A stretch of 64,000 nucleotides of DNA. It comes from Eledone cirrhosa (Eukaryota). The translations under genes were made by a program, and so were the position numbers. Below the pieces are notes generated by a model. The model was not told the DNA's origin. It saw only the letters and a list, made by a program, of their open reading frames with translations, and ran no database searches. Shown in pieces: positions 28,184 through 43,105 of the stretch (its first letter is position 1; each line of letters opens with the position of its first letter). The DNA is taken from positions 17,112,001-17,176,000 of the forward strand of contig OZ024759.1 in assembly GCA_964016885.1 (NCBI GenBank), in the 5' to 3' direction.

Positions 28184-28313
28184 GAAAATAGTCAGGACTC
28201 TGACGGCTGAGCTCCGGCCGTTTCAACAGCTAGCTGTCTAACTGCTGGCTGGGTTAGTTCGGATCTAGCTGTTGAAACGGCTTGAGCTCAGCCGTCGGGG
28301 TCCTACTCGTTCC
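28182..28313. mobile_element. GACGGC-family fold-back element with arms from two subfamilies
   Basis: The left arm resembles the 49448 type and the right arm the 38588 type. (TA)n on both sides. Confidence 0.8.
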
Positions 28314-28314
28314 T

Positions 28315-28363
<49 letters not shown>

Positions 28364-28404
28364 GATATTAAACAAATGGAAACTATATTTATAAAACCAT
28401 ATTT

Positions 28405-28468
28405 ATTTCATTATACATATTTCAGGGATACCATATTAAAAATATGGCATGCCTTCTTCAGATAAAAT
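28405..28468 (-). ncRNA. Type I hammerhead ribozyme motif
   Basis: ATTTTAT-CTGAAGA-AGGC-ATGCCATAT-TTTTA-ATATGGTAT-CCCT-GAAA-TATGTA-T-A-ATGAAAT. Confidence 0.72.
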
Positions 28469-28589
28469 ACAATATATAAGCAGTTTTATAAATAAATTTG
28501 ACGTACCATAAAATATTGATCAACTTCCATTTAAAAAAGTTGGTTTGGTAGTGAAATGTTTGTAAATATTTAGTGTTAAGCACAGTTAG

Positions 28590-28677
<88 letters not shown>

Positions 28678-30167
28678 TCAAAAAGACAAAGAAACAAACA
28701 AACGCAAGAATCAATAGTACGTAGTATTATTAGCTTGGTGAGAGTGGAGGAGATTACAACGTTTCGGGCATTGATCAGGTCCTTGATCAGGTCCTTGATT
28801 AGGAAGTTGGGAGTAACTCCGAAAGGGAGTGAGGTGGGGAGTGAGGTGGGGAGTTTAATAGGAAAAACATGAAAAAAACGTTTGTTCTCGCTCTTTACAT
28901 TGTGAGTTCAAATCCCGCCGATGTCCACTTTGCCTTTATATATATATATGTCAGGGATATCATATTAACAATATGTTATGCCTTCCTCAGACAAAATACA
29001 ATATAGACAGTTTTATAGATAAATAGATTTGACATACCGTTCAACATCGACTTGTATTTGAAAAAGTTGATTTGGCAGTGAAAAAAAATCTACGGACAAA
29101 TTTATTCAGTTGCTGCAAACATAGATTGAACTCAACTTTTAAATATAAATTTAAATTTAAAATGTAGTATATTTGGTTTGATTTATAATTATTTGGGAAA
29201 CTAGCCGATAAATCTTTCGATTTCTTCTTTTTATTCTTCTTTTTATTTTTATTTTTATTTAAACATTCTTCATGAAAAATTAAACTACCCTAAAAGTTGA
29301 TGCTCCAAATATTTCGAATAAACGTTACACTAGATAAACTTCTATATTAAATATAAGAACATATGTAGACCAAATGGGCATCCTAAACTTTTTGAAATGA
29401 TTTCTGCTAGACGCGATTTGGTAAATCATTTTTAGCTTTATCTGTTTTCGACTCTGATGCTTATAATGAACTTGGCAATATATTGTCAATTAATTTTGAA
29501 GGGTTGATCTTTGTGGTCGATTTGCGTGGCATATTATGTTTCTATTATGTTTTTATTTTTATTATTTTAATATTTTTTAATATTTTTAATATTTTTATTT
29601 TTAATATGTAATATTTTTTAGTTTTCTATTTTATTTATTTGTTTATTATTATTATTATTATTATTATTTTTGTTTTTGTTTCTGATATTTTTTATTAATA
29701 TATTGAAATCTGTTCTCTATTTCTGCTTGATAGATAATCATGTAGAGTAAAGACAAGAATAGTATTGTTAAAATTAATATAGACTCTATATATATGTGTA
29801 TATATACACATATATGTATACTTAAATTTTTATAGCACAATGAGAATGTTCTCCGTGTGAAATAGGGGTTTGCAGAGTTGATCACGTAAATTCACATCGA
29901 TGTTTGTAGTTATCATATAAACATATGAATTTTTAAAACTAGACATAAGATCATTACTTTTCACACATTATGGATACGTGTCTCATTCAGGAATACTGAT
30001 ATTTACATTATAGTGCCTGGTTTTTATACGAACTAATATTTCTACATTAAAACATAGGGTTTTTAAATTCTGCCTCGCCTATGTCTGGTTACTTTTCATT
30101 TTTCTCTCTATATAACGGCTGGTTTCTTTCCTAACCACATATATCTCCCTTACATTAATACTAGAGC

Positions 30168-30202
<35 letters not shown>

Positions 30203-30712
30203 ATGTATCATTGATACGTTCATTCAACGGATGTTTCAACTACCTACTTTTCTCTATATATATCTATCTCTATCTATTTCCTCTCTCTATATATATCTCT
30301 CTCTGTTTCTTTACATGAAGTTCTTCTCTTTATCTATCTTTCCATCTCTCTATTTTGTTGCATGCATTTCTTCTTTTTCTTCTTTTTCTTCGTTTTCTTT
30401 CTTTCTTTCCTTCTTTCTCTCTTTCTTTCTGTTTACAATTTTTCACTGCCAAATCAACTTTTTCAAATACAAGTCGATGTTGAACGGTATGTCAAATCTA
30501 TTTATCTATAAAACTGACTATATTGTATTTTGTCTGAGGAAGGCATAACATATTGTTAATATGATCAACGTATCACTCAAGGGTAGCAGTTTGAAATTGT
30601 GGTATACATCAGCAGCTCCGCTTGTATAGTTGGGGTTTAACTAGCTACCGTCACATATTTGGTAGGTCAGACGTGATCATCGCGATTCACATACGACCTA
30701 CCATACATCTTA

Positions 30713-30785
<73 letters not shown>

Positions 30786-30914
30786 GTGAGGGTTTTTTTA
30801 CAAAATGAAAAATAATCGAGGTGTCCTACACGAGTGAAAGTATAAAGAAAAAAAGATGAAATCGAAAATGCAACTGGAGTCATATTTAAAAAAAAAAAAA
30901 AAATTTATTTGGTT

Positions 30915-30951
30915 CCTTTACCGGTTTCGCAGTTCTTCTGCCTTTCAAAAG
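30915..30951 (-). ncRNA. Second copy of the U3-A8 hammerhead variant (A9 mutated)
   Basis: CTT-TTGAAAG-GCAG-AAGAA-CTGC-GAAA-CCGG-T-A-AAGG. Confidence 0.5.
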
Positions 30952-31242
30952 TAGAGTTGAGATGGAGGGTCTGTGGTTTTTCTCACATCTGGTTGGTCTC
31001 TGAATGTTACTTGTCTTATATGGAAAAAGTGGCTCGAAATGCCAGGTTTTTCGAGAAATATATATATATATATATAATTGGAAATCAGTAAAATCAAATC
31101 TCTGGCGGTTTGCAAGTAAATTCGGCCTACTTATATCTCATGGGTTATAACATACGTTTAAATAGCTTGACAAATCGAACATTGTGGTAGGCTAAACTAA
31201 CACACAATATATACCAAAGGAACGATAGAACTAATCAGGTTG

Positions 31243-31273
<31 letters not shown>

Positions 31274-31351
31274 ACTAATAAGCTCTGTAGCTTACATAGA
31301 GCACTCTTTTTTCCTGTACCTTTCCGACGCAAACACTTCACCCTTAACGGG

Positions 31352-31404
31352 AAGTTTCAGAAGATCCCGTTAAGGGTGAAAGCAGCGATTCTTTGCTTAA
31401 ACTT
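31352..31404 (+). ncRNA. Hammerhead-like motif with CAGAAGA core
   Basis: AAGTTT-CAGAAGA-TCCC-GTTAA-GGGT-GAAA-GCA-GCGATTCTT-TGC-T-T-AAACTT. Confidence 0.62.
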
Positions 31405-31510
31405 TAATCTGTTATTTTAATAAATATTTGCTCTACGGTTCTTATATATTTGATATATATTTATCCTTATCGAGCCCTCTTTGAATTTTAGTTTTCAAAT
31501 TTATTATTAT

Positions 31511-31564
<54 letters not shown>

Positions 31565-32111
31565 TACAATAACAGAGATAGTTTAAAGCTAATCTCTGAC
31601 TGGTAACCATCTCACTCAACAAACATTAGGTTATATTTTAATATAAACCCAATTTAAGTGTTTGGGGTGCTAACAATATGTATTATGTGGAAAAGCCAGT
31701 TGTATTATTTTATGAGATATAAATAAAGTTAAAATATATATATGGAAAAGATGAAATTTACTTTCTCACTCTTAGTACGGCTGATACTTAAATGTAAGTA
31801 TGTATACGTACATACATATATGTATACAGACGTTTACAAACAAACCGAACATTATAATAAATGTTCGATAAACCCATACGTACATATATATATATGTGTG
31901 CATGTATGTATATACATACTGCTGAACGTCTGTATACATATATGTATGTACGTATACATACTTACATATCTTTAAGTCGTTTGGAAGCCTCGACAATGCA
32001 AATGGGTAAATCTCCGGGTAACAAGGTCCGGTGGTGGAGAGAGAGATGTGTAAGTGGGTGTACGTTGAGATGCGTGGTGTGTATAAGATGTGTGAGATGT
32101 GTAGAAATACA

Positions 32112-32200
<89 letters not shown>

Positions 32201-32202
<2 letters not shown>

Positions 32203-32396
32203 CAAAGGAATTGTGGTAAGGAACCAGATGGACCATAACGCACCAGAGTACTCAATACTTAGGGTAGTAGAGTGTGAAATAGGAAAAAGTATGACCCCGA
32301 CGGCAGAGGTCAAGCCGTTTAGACGGGTATTTCTGGACAGTCCAGAAATAGCCGTCGAAACGGCTTGAGCTCTGCCGTCGGGGTCATACTTTTTCC
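32201..32396. mobile_element. GACGGC-family fold-back element in (TA)n
   Basis: ~58-bp inverted arms plus a one-sided ~78-bp tail. Confidence 0.85.
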
Positions 32397-32449
32397 TATA
32401 TATATATATGTATATATATATACTCATATAACTGTGTATATATACATAA

Positions 32450-32513
<64 letters not shown>

Positions 32514-32535
32514 TCATATAACTGTCTATATATAC

Positions 32536-32774
<239 letters not shown>

Positions 32775-33104
32775 CACACACATATATATGCATTTTTGTG
32801 TTTATGTTCACGACCTGTAAAACAGTTCAATAAAATAAGTACCAGACTCGAGTGGCAAAATGATGGGCTAAAAGAATGTACATAGGAAATCAATACTAGT
32901 TCATATAATAGGATTTGTAATTGTAATCTGAACATATCGATGTCTCTTAAGTAACAATGGCGACAAAGAAATCTTGCATAGACATGTCTTTAGATCTATG
33001 TATCTATAATCTATCTTGCTAAACTGTTAATAGAAATACTGACTCACTGAAACTCTTCACAACTCTTTAATTTCCTGTACCGCATGAAACCACATTAGCG
33101 AGAC

Positions 33105-33153
33105 ATTCTTCTTCATCATCTTCTTCTCTTTTTCTCCTCCGCCTCACCATCAC

Positions 33154-33185
<32 letters not shown>

Positions 33186-33196
33186 CCACCACCACC

Positions 33197-33272
<76 letters not shown>

Positions 33273-33297
33273 CCACCACCACCATCACCATCATCAC

Positions 33298-33335
<38 letters not shown>

Positions 33336-33389
33336 CCTTCTTATTCCCTTCCGTCCCACTCCCGTCTTCTTCTCCTCCGCCCCCTCCTT

Positions 33390-33427
<38 letters not shown>

Positions 33428-33600
33428 CCCCCCTTCTCTTCCTCCCCACCTCCTTCTTCTCCCACTCCTCCCCATCCTCAACCCTTTCTTCTTCTCCTTC
33501 TCCCCCCCCACCCACACCCCGCTCTTCTCCATCGTTGTCGTCGACGTCATCCTCATCATCCCCATCATCACCATCATCATGATGACGATGACCACCATCA
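33105..33600. repeat. (CAT)n/(CAC)n and pyrimidine-rich low-complexity tract
   Basis: Directly visible. Confidence 0.9.
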
Positions 33601-33729
33601 CTATTTGACGCCTATTTTCCAGGCTTGCATGTGTTAGAGAGGGTGTCACGTGTATAGGGATGACCAACAACCAGATGTCAACGTCCTGCTCGCGTGCTCT
33701 GACTGGGAGCAGTTTATTTTGTGTCTTCA

Positions 33730-35350
33730 GTACTACCACTTTACAGAGTGGACTGGGTGCATTTTATCGTAGCACCAGTACTACCACCTTACAGGGTGAA
33801 ATGGGTGCATTTTATCGTGGCACCAACACTACCACCTTACAGGGTGAAATGGGGGACTTTTATCGTGGCACCAACACTACCACCTTACAGGGTGGACAAG
33901 CTGCACTGAAACGTGGCCCCAACACCACTTCTTTACGGGGTGAAATGGGTGAATTATATCGTGGCACCCGTACGACCACCTTAAAGGGTGGACTAGCTGC
34001 ATTTTATCGTGGCACCAATACTACCACCTTACAAGGTGAAATGGGGGAATTTTATCGTAGCACCAATACTACCACCTTACAGGGTGGACCAGCTGCACTG
34101 AAACGTGGCCCCAACACCACTTCTTTACGGGGTACGGGGTGAAATGGGTGAATTATATCGTGGCACCCGTACGACCACCTTAAAGGGTGGACTAGCTGCA
34201 TTTTATCGTGGCACCAATACTACCACCTTACAAGGTGAAATGGGGGAATTTTATCGTAGCACCAATACTACCACCTTACAGGGTGGACCAGCTGCACTGA
34301 AACGTGGCCCCAACACCACTTCTTTACGGGGTGAAATGGGTGAATTATATCGTGGCACCCGTACGACCACCTTAAAGGGTGGACTAGCTGCATTTTATCG
34401 TGGCACCAATACTACCACCTTACAAGGTGAAATGGGGGAATTTTATCGTAGCACCAATACTACCACCTTACAGGGTGGACCAGCTGCACTGAATTGTGGC
34501 CCCAACACCACTTCTTTACGGGGTGAAATGGGTGAATTATATCGTGGCACCCGTACGACCACCTTAAAGGGTGGACTAGCTGCATTTTATCGTGGCACCA
34601 ATACTACCACCTTACAAGGTGAAATGGGGGAATTTTATCGTAGCACCAATACTACCACCTTACAGGGTGGACCAGCTGCACTGAATTGTGGCCCCAACAC
34701 CACTTCTTTACGGGGTGAAATGGGTGAATTATATCGTGGCACCCGTACGACCACCTTAAAGGGTGGACTAGCTGCATTTTATCGTGGCACCAATACTACC
34801 ACCTTACAAGGTGAAATGGGGGAATTTTATCGTAGCACCAATACTACCACCTTACAGGGTGGACCAGCTGCACTGAATTGTGGCCCCAACACCACTTCTT
34901 TACGGGGTGAAATGGGTGAATTATATCGTGGCACCCGTACGACCACCTTAAAGGGTGGACTAGCTGCATTTTATCGTGGCACCAATACTACCACCTTACA
35001 AGGTGAAATGGGGGAATTTTATCGTGGCACCAACACTACCACCTTACAGGATGGACTGGGTGCATTTTATCGTGGCACCAATACTACCACCTTACAGGAT
35101 GGACTGGGTGCATTTTATCGTGGCACCAATACTACCACCTTACAGGATGGACTGGGTGCATTTTATCGTGGCACCAATACTACCACCTTACAGGATGGAC
35201 TGGGTGCATTTTATCGTGGCACCAACACTACCACCTTACAGGATGGACTGGGTGCATTTTATCGTGGCACCAACACTACCACCTTACAGGATGGACTGGG
35301 TGCATTTTATCGTGGCACCAACACTACTGCCTTACAGAGTGGATTGAGTG
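33730..35350. repeat. 48-bp minisatellite with 192-bp (4x48) higher-order repeat
   Basis: Unit TTTTATCGTGGCACCAAYACTACCACCTTACAGGRTGGACTGGGTGCA. Marker CGTGGCACCCGTACG at 33960, 34159, 34351, 34543, 34735, 34927. Confidence 0.95.
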
Positions 35351-35940
35351 CTTTTAATCATGCGATCAGTATTATCACGCCACAGTGTTATCTGGTTGAT
35401 GTTTGCTGTCACCAACACTACCGCCATTTATTTAACAGTACTATGACAGGATTACATTAAAAATTTAAATCATAACTCTAATACAGTAAATATTCATAGC
35501 AAACTGTCCATTTATAAATTAACAAATCAGTTTTCAGTTATATTAACACTTAACATCAAATGTCCTGTACTACAAAAGACTGCATTAGTAAGACATTCCT
35601 AAACATTTCAAAGCACTATGGCTGTATCATATCAAAAATTAAAATCTTTACACTAATATTGCAGATTTTCACAACGATCTGTTCACTTCTAAAACACTTA
35701 GGGGTGGTTTTTTAGTCGAATATTTATATATTCGACTACCCCCCCCCCCCAAAAAAAAAACAAACAAACAAACAAACAAAAACAATAACCTGTTTTTTGA
35801 TATATTTTAATATTTAACTACTAATGTGCTGTACCAGATGGAACCGCATCAGTAAGACATTTTTGAAAAATATACGAGGGAAAAGCTGATAGGCCGCCAT
35901 GATAATAATTCATCAGTGGTTACATTCGTAATAGGCAATG

Positions 35941-36157
35941 ATTGTTTCTACGTTAGGCACAAGGCATTACTGGTACTTTATTTTATCGACCCCGTAAGGA
36001 TGAAAGGCAAAGTCAACTTCGGCGGGATTTGAACTCAGATCGTAAAAGGACGTAACTATGCTGGAAAGCATGGCGTCCGACCCTCTACGGATACTGCCAA
36101 TCCACCACCCTAACATGGCGTCCGACCCTCCACCGATACTGCCAATCCACCGCCCCA
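35941..36157 (-). mobile_element. SINE with duplicated head and TSD
   Basis: CGTAATAGGCAATGAT at ~35927 and ~36160. Confidence 0.85.
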
Positions 36158-36229
36158 TCCGTAATAGGCAATGATATGATATCGTCAGATGCTAACACAA
36201 TTACCGCCGCACCCTAGACCCAGAGCTTC

Positions 36230-36525
36230 TATGATACTGGATGGCACTCCGTTGGTTACGACGACGAGTGTTCCAATTGATCCGATCAGCGGAACTGCCT
36301 GCTCATGAAATTAACGTGCAAGTGGCTGAGCATTCCACAGACACGCGTATCCTTAACGTAGTTCTCTGGAAAATTCAGCGTGACACCGAACAGTGCAAGG
36401 CTGGCCCTCTGAATTACAGATATAACTCATTTTTGCCAGCTGAGTGGACTGGAGCAACGCGCCACCGAGAATCGAACTCACGATCATACGATTGTGAGCC
36501 GAATACCTTAACCCCCAAAGCCACG
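36230..36525 (-). mobile_element. tRNA-derived SINE (second family)
   Basis: GTGGCTTTGGGGTTAAGG...GAGTTCGATTC head; CCAGTCCACTCAGCTG body. Confidence 0.7.
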
Positions 36526-36634
36526 TGTCTTTACTAGAGCTCGTGACACTAGAGCTCTTGACTTTCTTTTCCTTTTACGTTTTTAAAAAAAAAATATTTC
36601 CTTATTTTACATTCCGTTCTTTCTTCTCAATCTA

Positions 36635-36803
36635 TCGTATTTCCCGGCGCCAAAGACGCTACTTTTTCCCTAAAATAAGTCTCAAAAACCTACTATGCGC
36701 CCTGGAGGCCAAAGGTTATTTATTAATTTTTTTCCAAATTTTTGGTTGTCAAAAAGTAGGGTGCGTCCTCGAAGACGAAGCGTCTACAGCGCCGGGAAAT
36801 ACG
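36635..36803. mobile_element. Tc1/mariner/pogo-type MITE
   Basis: CGTATTTCCCGGCGC ... GCGCCGGGAAATACGG-TA. Confidence 0.75.
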
Positions 36804-36899
36804 GTAATTTTCTTATTCTTTTTCTATTAAATTATATGTTTTTTTAAATACAGGAATTTTTTTTAATTCATGGAATAAATGTTTATTACGGGAAGTAGT

Positions 36900-37248
36900 T
36901 ACGAAAGTCGGCTGAAAAGTTCATTGGCTGACCAAGATACTCTCGTGGATTGACCAAATGGGGTTTATATTTCAACATAGTCCCTAAAATGAAAAAAATG
37001 CAGTTATACTTAAGAAGAGTTGAAATTAATGCATGCAAGATTTCACAGCTCTAGCATCACCCCTCCATAGTCAGCCCATGACCAAGATACTCTCATGGAA
37101 TGACCAAACGGGGTTTATATTTCAACATAGTCCCGAGGATGAAAAAAAATGCAGTTATTTATAAGTGTTGAAATTAATGCATGCAAGATTTCACAGCGCT
37201 AGCATCACTCCTTCATAGTCAGCCTATGAACCTTTCAGTCGACCCACG
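36900..37248. mobile_element. Mariner-like MITE with internal tandem duplication
   Basis: GTCGGCTGAAAAGTTCAT-GGCTGAC ... GTCAGCCTATGAACCTTTCAGTCGAC. A ~150-bp segment is duplicated. Fragment at ~17745-17885. Confidence 0.65.
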
Positions 37249-37379
37249 CACGTCGTTTAGTTCACGAACAATTTTTCCGAACACATAAAAACGTCTCGTT
37301 TCACGATTTATGTCTCGAGTAACGAACACGCAAGCCGGCAACAACGGTTACTATGGTGATATCTATCTGTCTTTCACAC

Positions 37380-37437
<58 letters not shown>

Positions 37438-37608
37438 TCTGTAGTTCTCTCTCAACATTGCATATGGGGAAAATATTTGCGGTTTACGAACATTTCGGGC
37501 GACAAACGAACGGCCTTCAAGAACAAAGTAAGTTCATGAACAGGAGTTCCATTGTATAATGATTAAAGCTATACTTCTATACTGTGAACCTCCACAAATA
37601 TTGTAGAG

Positions 37609-38305
37609 CAAAGGTTCTCAACTGCGGGCATATGCACCCCCCGGGGGGGGGGGGGGTTCGGAACTCCAGGGGGGCGTTTGGGAGCAAGGTCGCGTTAGGG
37701 GGGGAGGGGTGACGTTTGGAGCTGGGGTGGAAGGCTCTTTATTTTGGTAAGTTTTATAAGCCATATTTGTTTGTCTTTGAGACAGCCAGTGTGAATGTAT
37801 TTGAATGAGCTTGCAGACAGCATAACTATCGTCTGACCGCAGCTGTGAGCAGGTGTGCAGGCATGTCCGGCAGTTAAGACGTTAACCGGTAATTGAGATC
37901 CTAAAAATGGAAAATCCCACAGTCAACTTGGTCAAAGACACTTTAAGCGCAGCCAATTAGAATCTTATCTTTCCTTCACCGATAACAATGTATTTCATGT
38001 CTGAAATTATTGACTCAACCGCAACGAGTTAACACTATGTAGATCTATTTTATTCCCTATTGTATAATTAATGTTACAAATAAAAAAAAAGAAAAGAAAA
38101 AACAGAAGCGGGTAGCACACACACCTAGGACCACATACAACACATAATCAGATAATAATCTTTGGAATATTGTTAATCAATTTTTTAGTAATCTACTGAT
38201 ATAAAAATCAGTAGTATATTGAAAAATGGAAAAATAGGGTGGTGGTGTTTCTTGATTTCGAGGGACAAAAGGGGGCGTTTGGCCTAAATGGGTTGAGAAC
38301 CTGTG
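37609..38305. mobile_element. hAT-type non-autonomous transposon
   Basis: TIRs CAAAGGTTCTCAAC / GTTGAGAACCTGTG. Perfect 8-bp TSD TTGTAGAG. Confidence 0.88.
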
Positions 38306-38556
38306 TTGTAGAGGATTTCATAAAACTATGAGTTTCAATAATATAAAAAAAAACGCATCGAATATATTGAATTCATTGCATTCTAGTATACTTTCATTTA
38401 TTTCACTTGCTTTATCTCTCTCTCTCTCTCTATATATATATATTCATATACACATACATAAATATATACACAGGCATACATACATGCATATATGCACATA
38501 CATAAATACATAGATATATATACATAAAAAAATATACATACATATACTCACACACA

Positions 38557-38587
<31 letters not shown>

Positions 38588-38590
<3 letters not shown>

Positions 38591-38777
38591 AACGAGTAGG
38601 ACCCCGACGGCTGAGCTCAAGCCGTTTCGACGGCTAATTCTGGACTGAATTAGCCGTCGAAACGGCTTGAGCTCAGCCGTCGGGGTCCTACTCGTTCCTA
38701 TTACCCACTCTACTACCCTAAGTATTGAGTACTTTGGTGCGTTATGGTCCACCTGGTTCCTTACCACATTTCCTTCG

Positions 38778-38779
<2 letters not shown>
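38588..38779. mobile_element. GACGGC-family fold-back element in (TA)n (3' half of a hammerhead, duplicated in inverted orientation)
   Basis: GAAA-CGGCT-TGAGCTC-AGCCG-T-C-GGGGTCC on both strands. One-sided tail containing GTATTGAGTAC. Confidence 0.88.
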
Positions 38780-38847
<68 letters not shown>

Positions 38848-39319
38848 ACATATCTACTCTACATTGAATCTGCACCAGAATTACTTCAAGAATACACGAA
38901 TTTGTAAAATGCTCAGCCACTTGCGTCTAGAATGTCTTGTAGCAGATGAAACCACAGTGGCAAGATATTTTCGAAAAGTATAAAAGAGCAACAGCGGACT
39001 ACGGCTGTTACGGTATGGTATGCTATGGTCCTGTAAAGCCGGATGGATTCGTAAGGACGCCATATTGACATACAACGTTTCTGCTGGTCAAAAACATGGC
39101 AAAGATTGTCGGAATCGAACCCACGAGACCATCTGTACACGTACGTCTGAATATTAATTCTTCCAACTTCAAACAAACAGAAACTAAAAAAAAAAAGAAA
39201 GCAAGCGCCCACATAGAGACGTATTAAGACAAACACAAACACATACGTAACTAATTCACAGTTGATAACACAATTCACAGTTGATCAAAACAAATGCAAA
39301 TAAATACATATATCCATAC

Positions 39320-41615
<2,296 letters not shown>

Positions 41616-42018
41616 AAGACACATATCTACCTATAGAAATATTCCCGTTTTCCTCTTCCATGCAATATTTCTAGTAATTACTCAGAGAGGTTTTTGGTAT
41701 TTATGCAAACAAGAAGACTACAACAGCACAACATCAACCGCAACAACAACCGCAACAACCACCACCACCACCACAACAACAACAACAACAATACCAATAA
41801 TAATAATCACCAGAACAATCATAATTATTATAATAGCAAGCTAACATATATAACAATAATACAAAAATATTTTCTCTTCACTCAGAAATCAAAATCTACT
41901 TTGAATAATTTCAATTTCAGTTAAGGCTTCTTTCTGTTTCAAGGCTATATATGAGCATGAATATAATCATGGGAACATATACACCACCTCACCATACCCA
42001 TATCCAACAGATGGTTGC

Positions 42019-42133
<115 letters not shown>

Positions 42134-42216
42134 GTTATTCCGGGTTGAATCGGAGGTAACCACAGTAAGTAAGGTACTCAATACATAGCAGAGTATAACA
42201 GTTTTAATATAGATGA

Positions 42217-42265
42217 GATTCTACAGGACTAGAACTGTTTCATTCATTAGAAATCATCAGGAATC
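42217..42265 (-). ncRNA. Type I hammerhead ribozyme motif in fold-back element 42131-42318
   Basis: GATTC-CTGATGA-TTTC-TAAT-GAAT-GAAA-CAG-TTCTAGTC-CTG-T-A-GAATC. The opposite arm begins at TTGATGA. Confidence 0.8.
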
Positions 42266-42312
42266 TTGATGATTTCTAATGAATGAAACAGTTCTAGTCC
42301 TGTAGAATCTCA

Positions 42313-42394
<82 letters not shown>

Positions 42395-42607
42395 CATATA
42401 TATATATATATATTGGGTCCTGTATTTTCGTTGCTCTACTGATGCGGCTGGACTGCCGACCGCTATATCTGATTTGCTAAGCTGTCTGAAGGTATTGTTA
42501 TTACTCTGGGGTTCCTTTCCCCATCCGCGTGCTAAAGCTACAGACCGAATTTGCATTCGTTAGCTTGGCCGTGTTCTAAAGCTTCGTTAATGCTCTACTA
42601 AAATGTA

Positions 42608-42674
<67 letters not shown>

Positions 42675-43061
42675 ATACTTGGAGAGGGTCATATTTGTGT
42701 AATAATATTGCCAAAATTATATTGTTATTCCATACATTTTTTCTGTTTAGAAAGGCTAAACAGAAAAAAAAAATGAATGGAATAAGAACAACACCCAAAC
42801 AAACAATACTGACCTAAGAGAAGTATAAATAAATAAATAAATACATACACAAGCACAATAACAACAAACACATATAAACACACACTAGTAAACTAAGATA
42901 GAATACAATAACCAATACACAGTCATCCAAACACGAACACACATCAATCACTATACACACACGCAAACGCATGCGCAGAGAAGACAAAAAATAAATAAAT
43001 AAATAAACAGACTAAATAAAGATGGCGTAGGCATACAATGCAACAGGAGGAAACATAATAG

Positions 43062-43105
43062 TACCACTGACGATGTTGCAGATGTGCAACGAAAGAACTT
43101 TGTTA
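43062..43105 (+). ncRNA. Type I hammerhead ribozyme motif in element 42670-43277
   Basis: TACCA-CTGACGA-T-GTTGCA-GATG-TGCAAC-GAAA-GAAC-T-T-TGTTA. The stem II sequence differs from the 62460 copy but stays paired. Confidence 0.68.

Noticed and set aside
33730-35350. CRISPR array
   Set aside because: Contiguous tandem units without unique spacers, no cas genes, and a eukaryotic context.
33660-35460. 160-aa and 451-aa repetitive ORFs as a real protein
   Set aside because: They arise from a 48-bp tandem repeat, are broken by a 7-bp duplication, and have no signal peptide or clear splice context.
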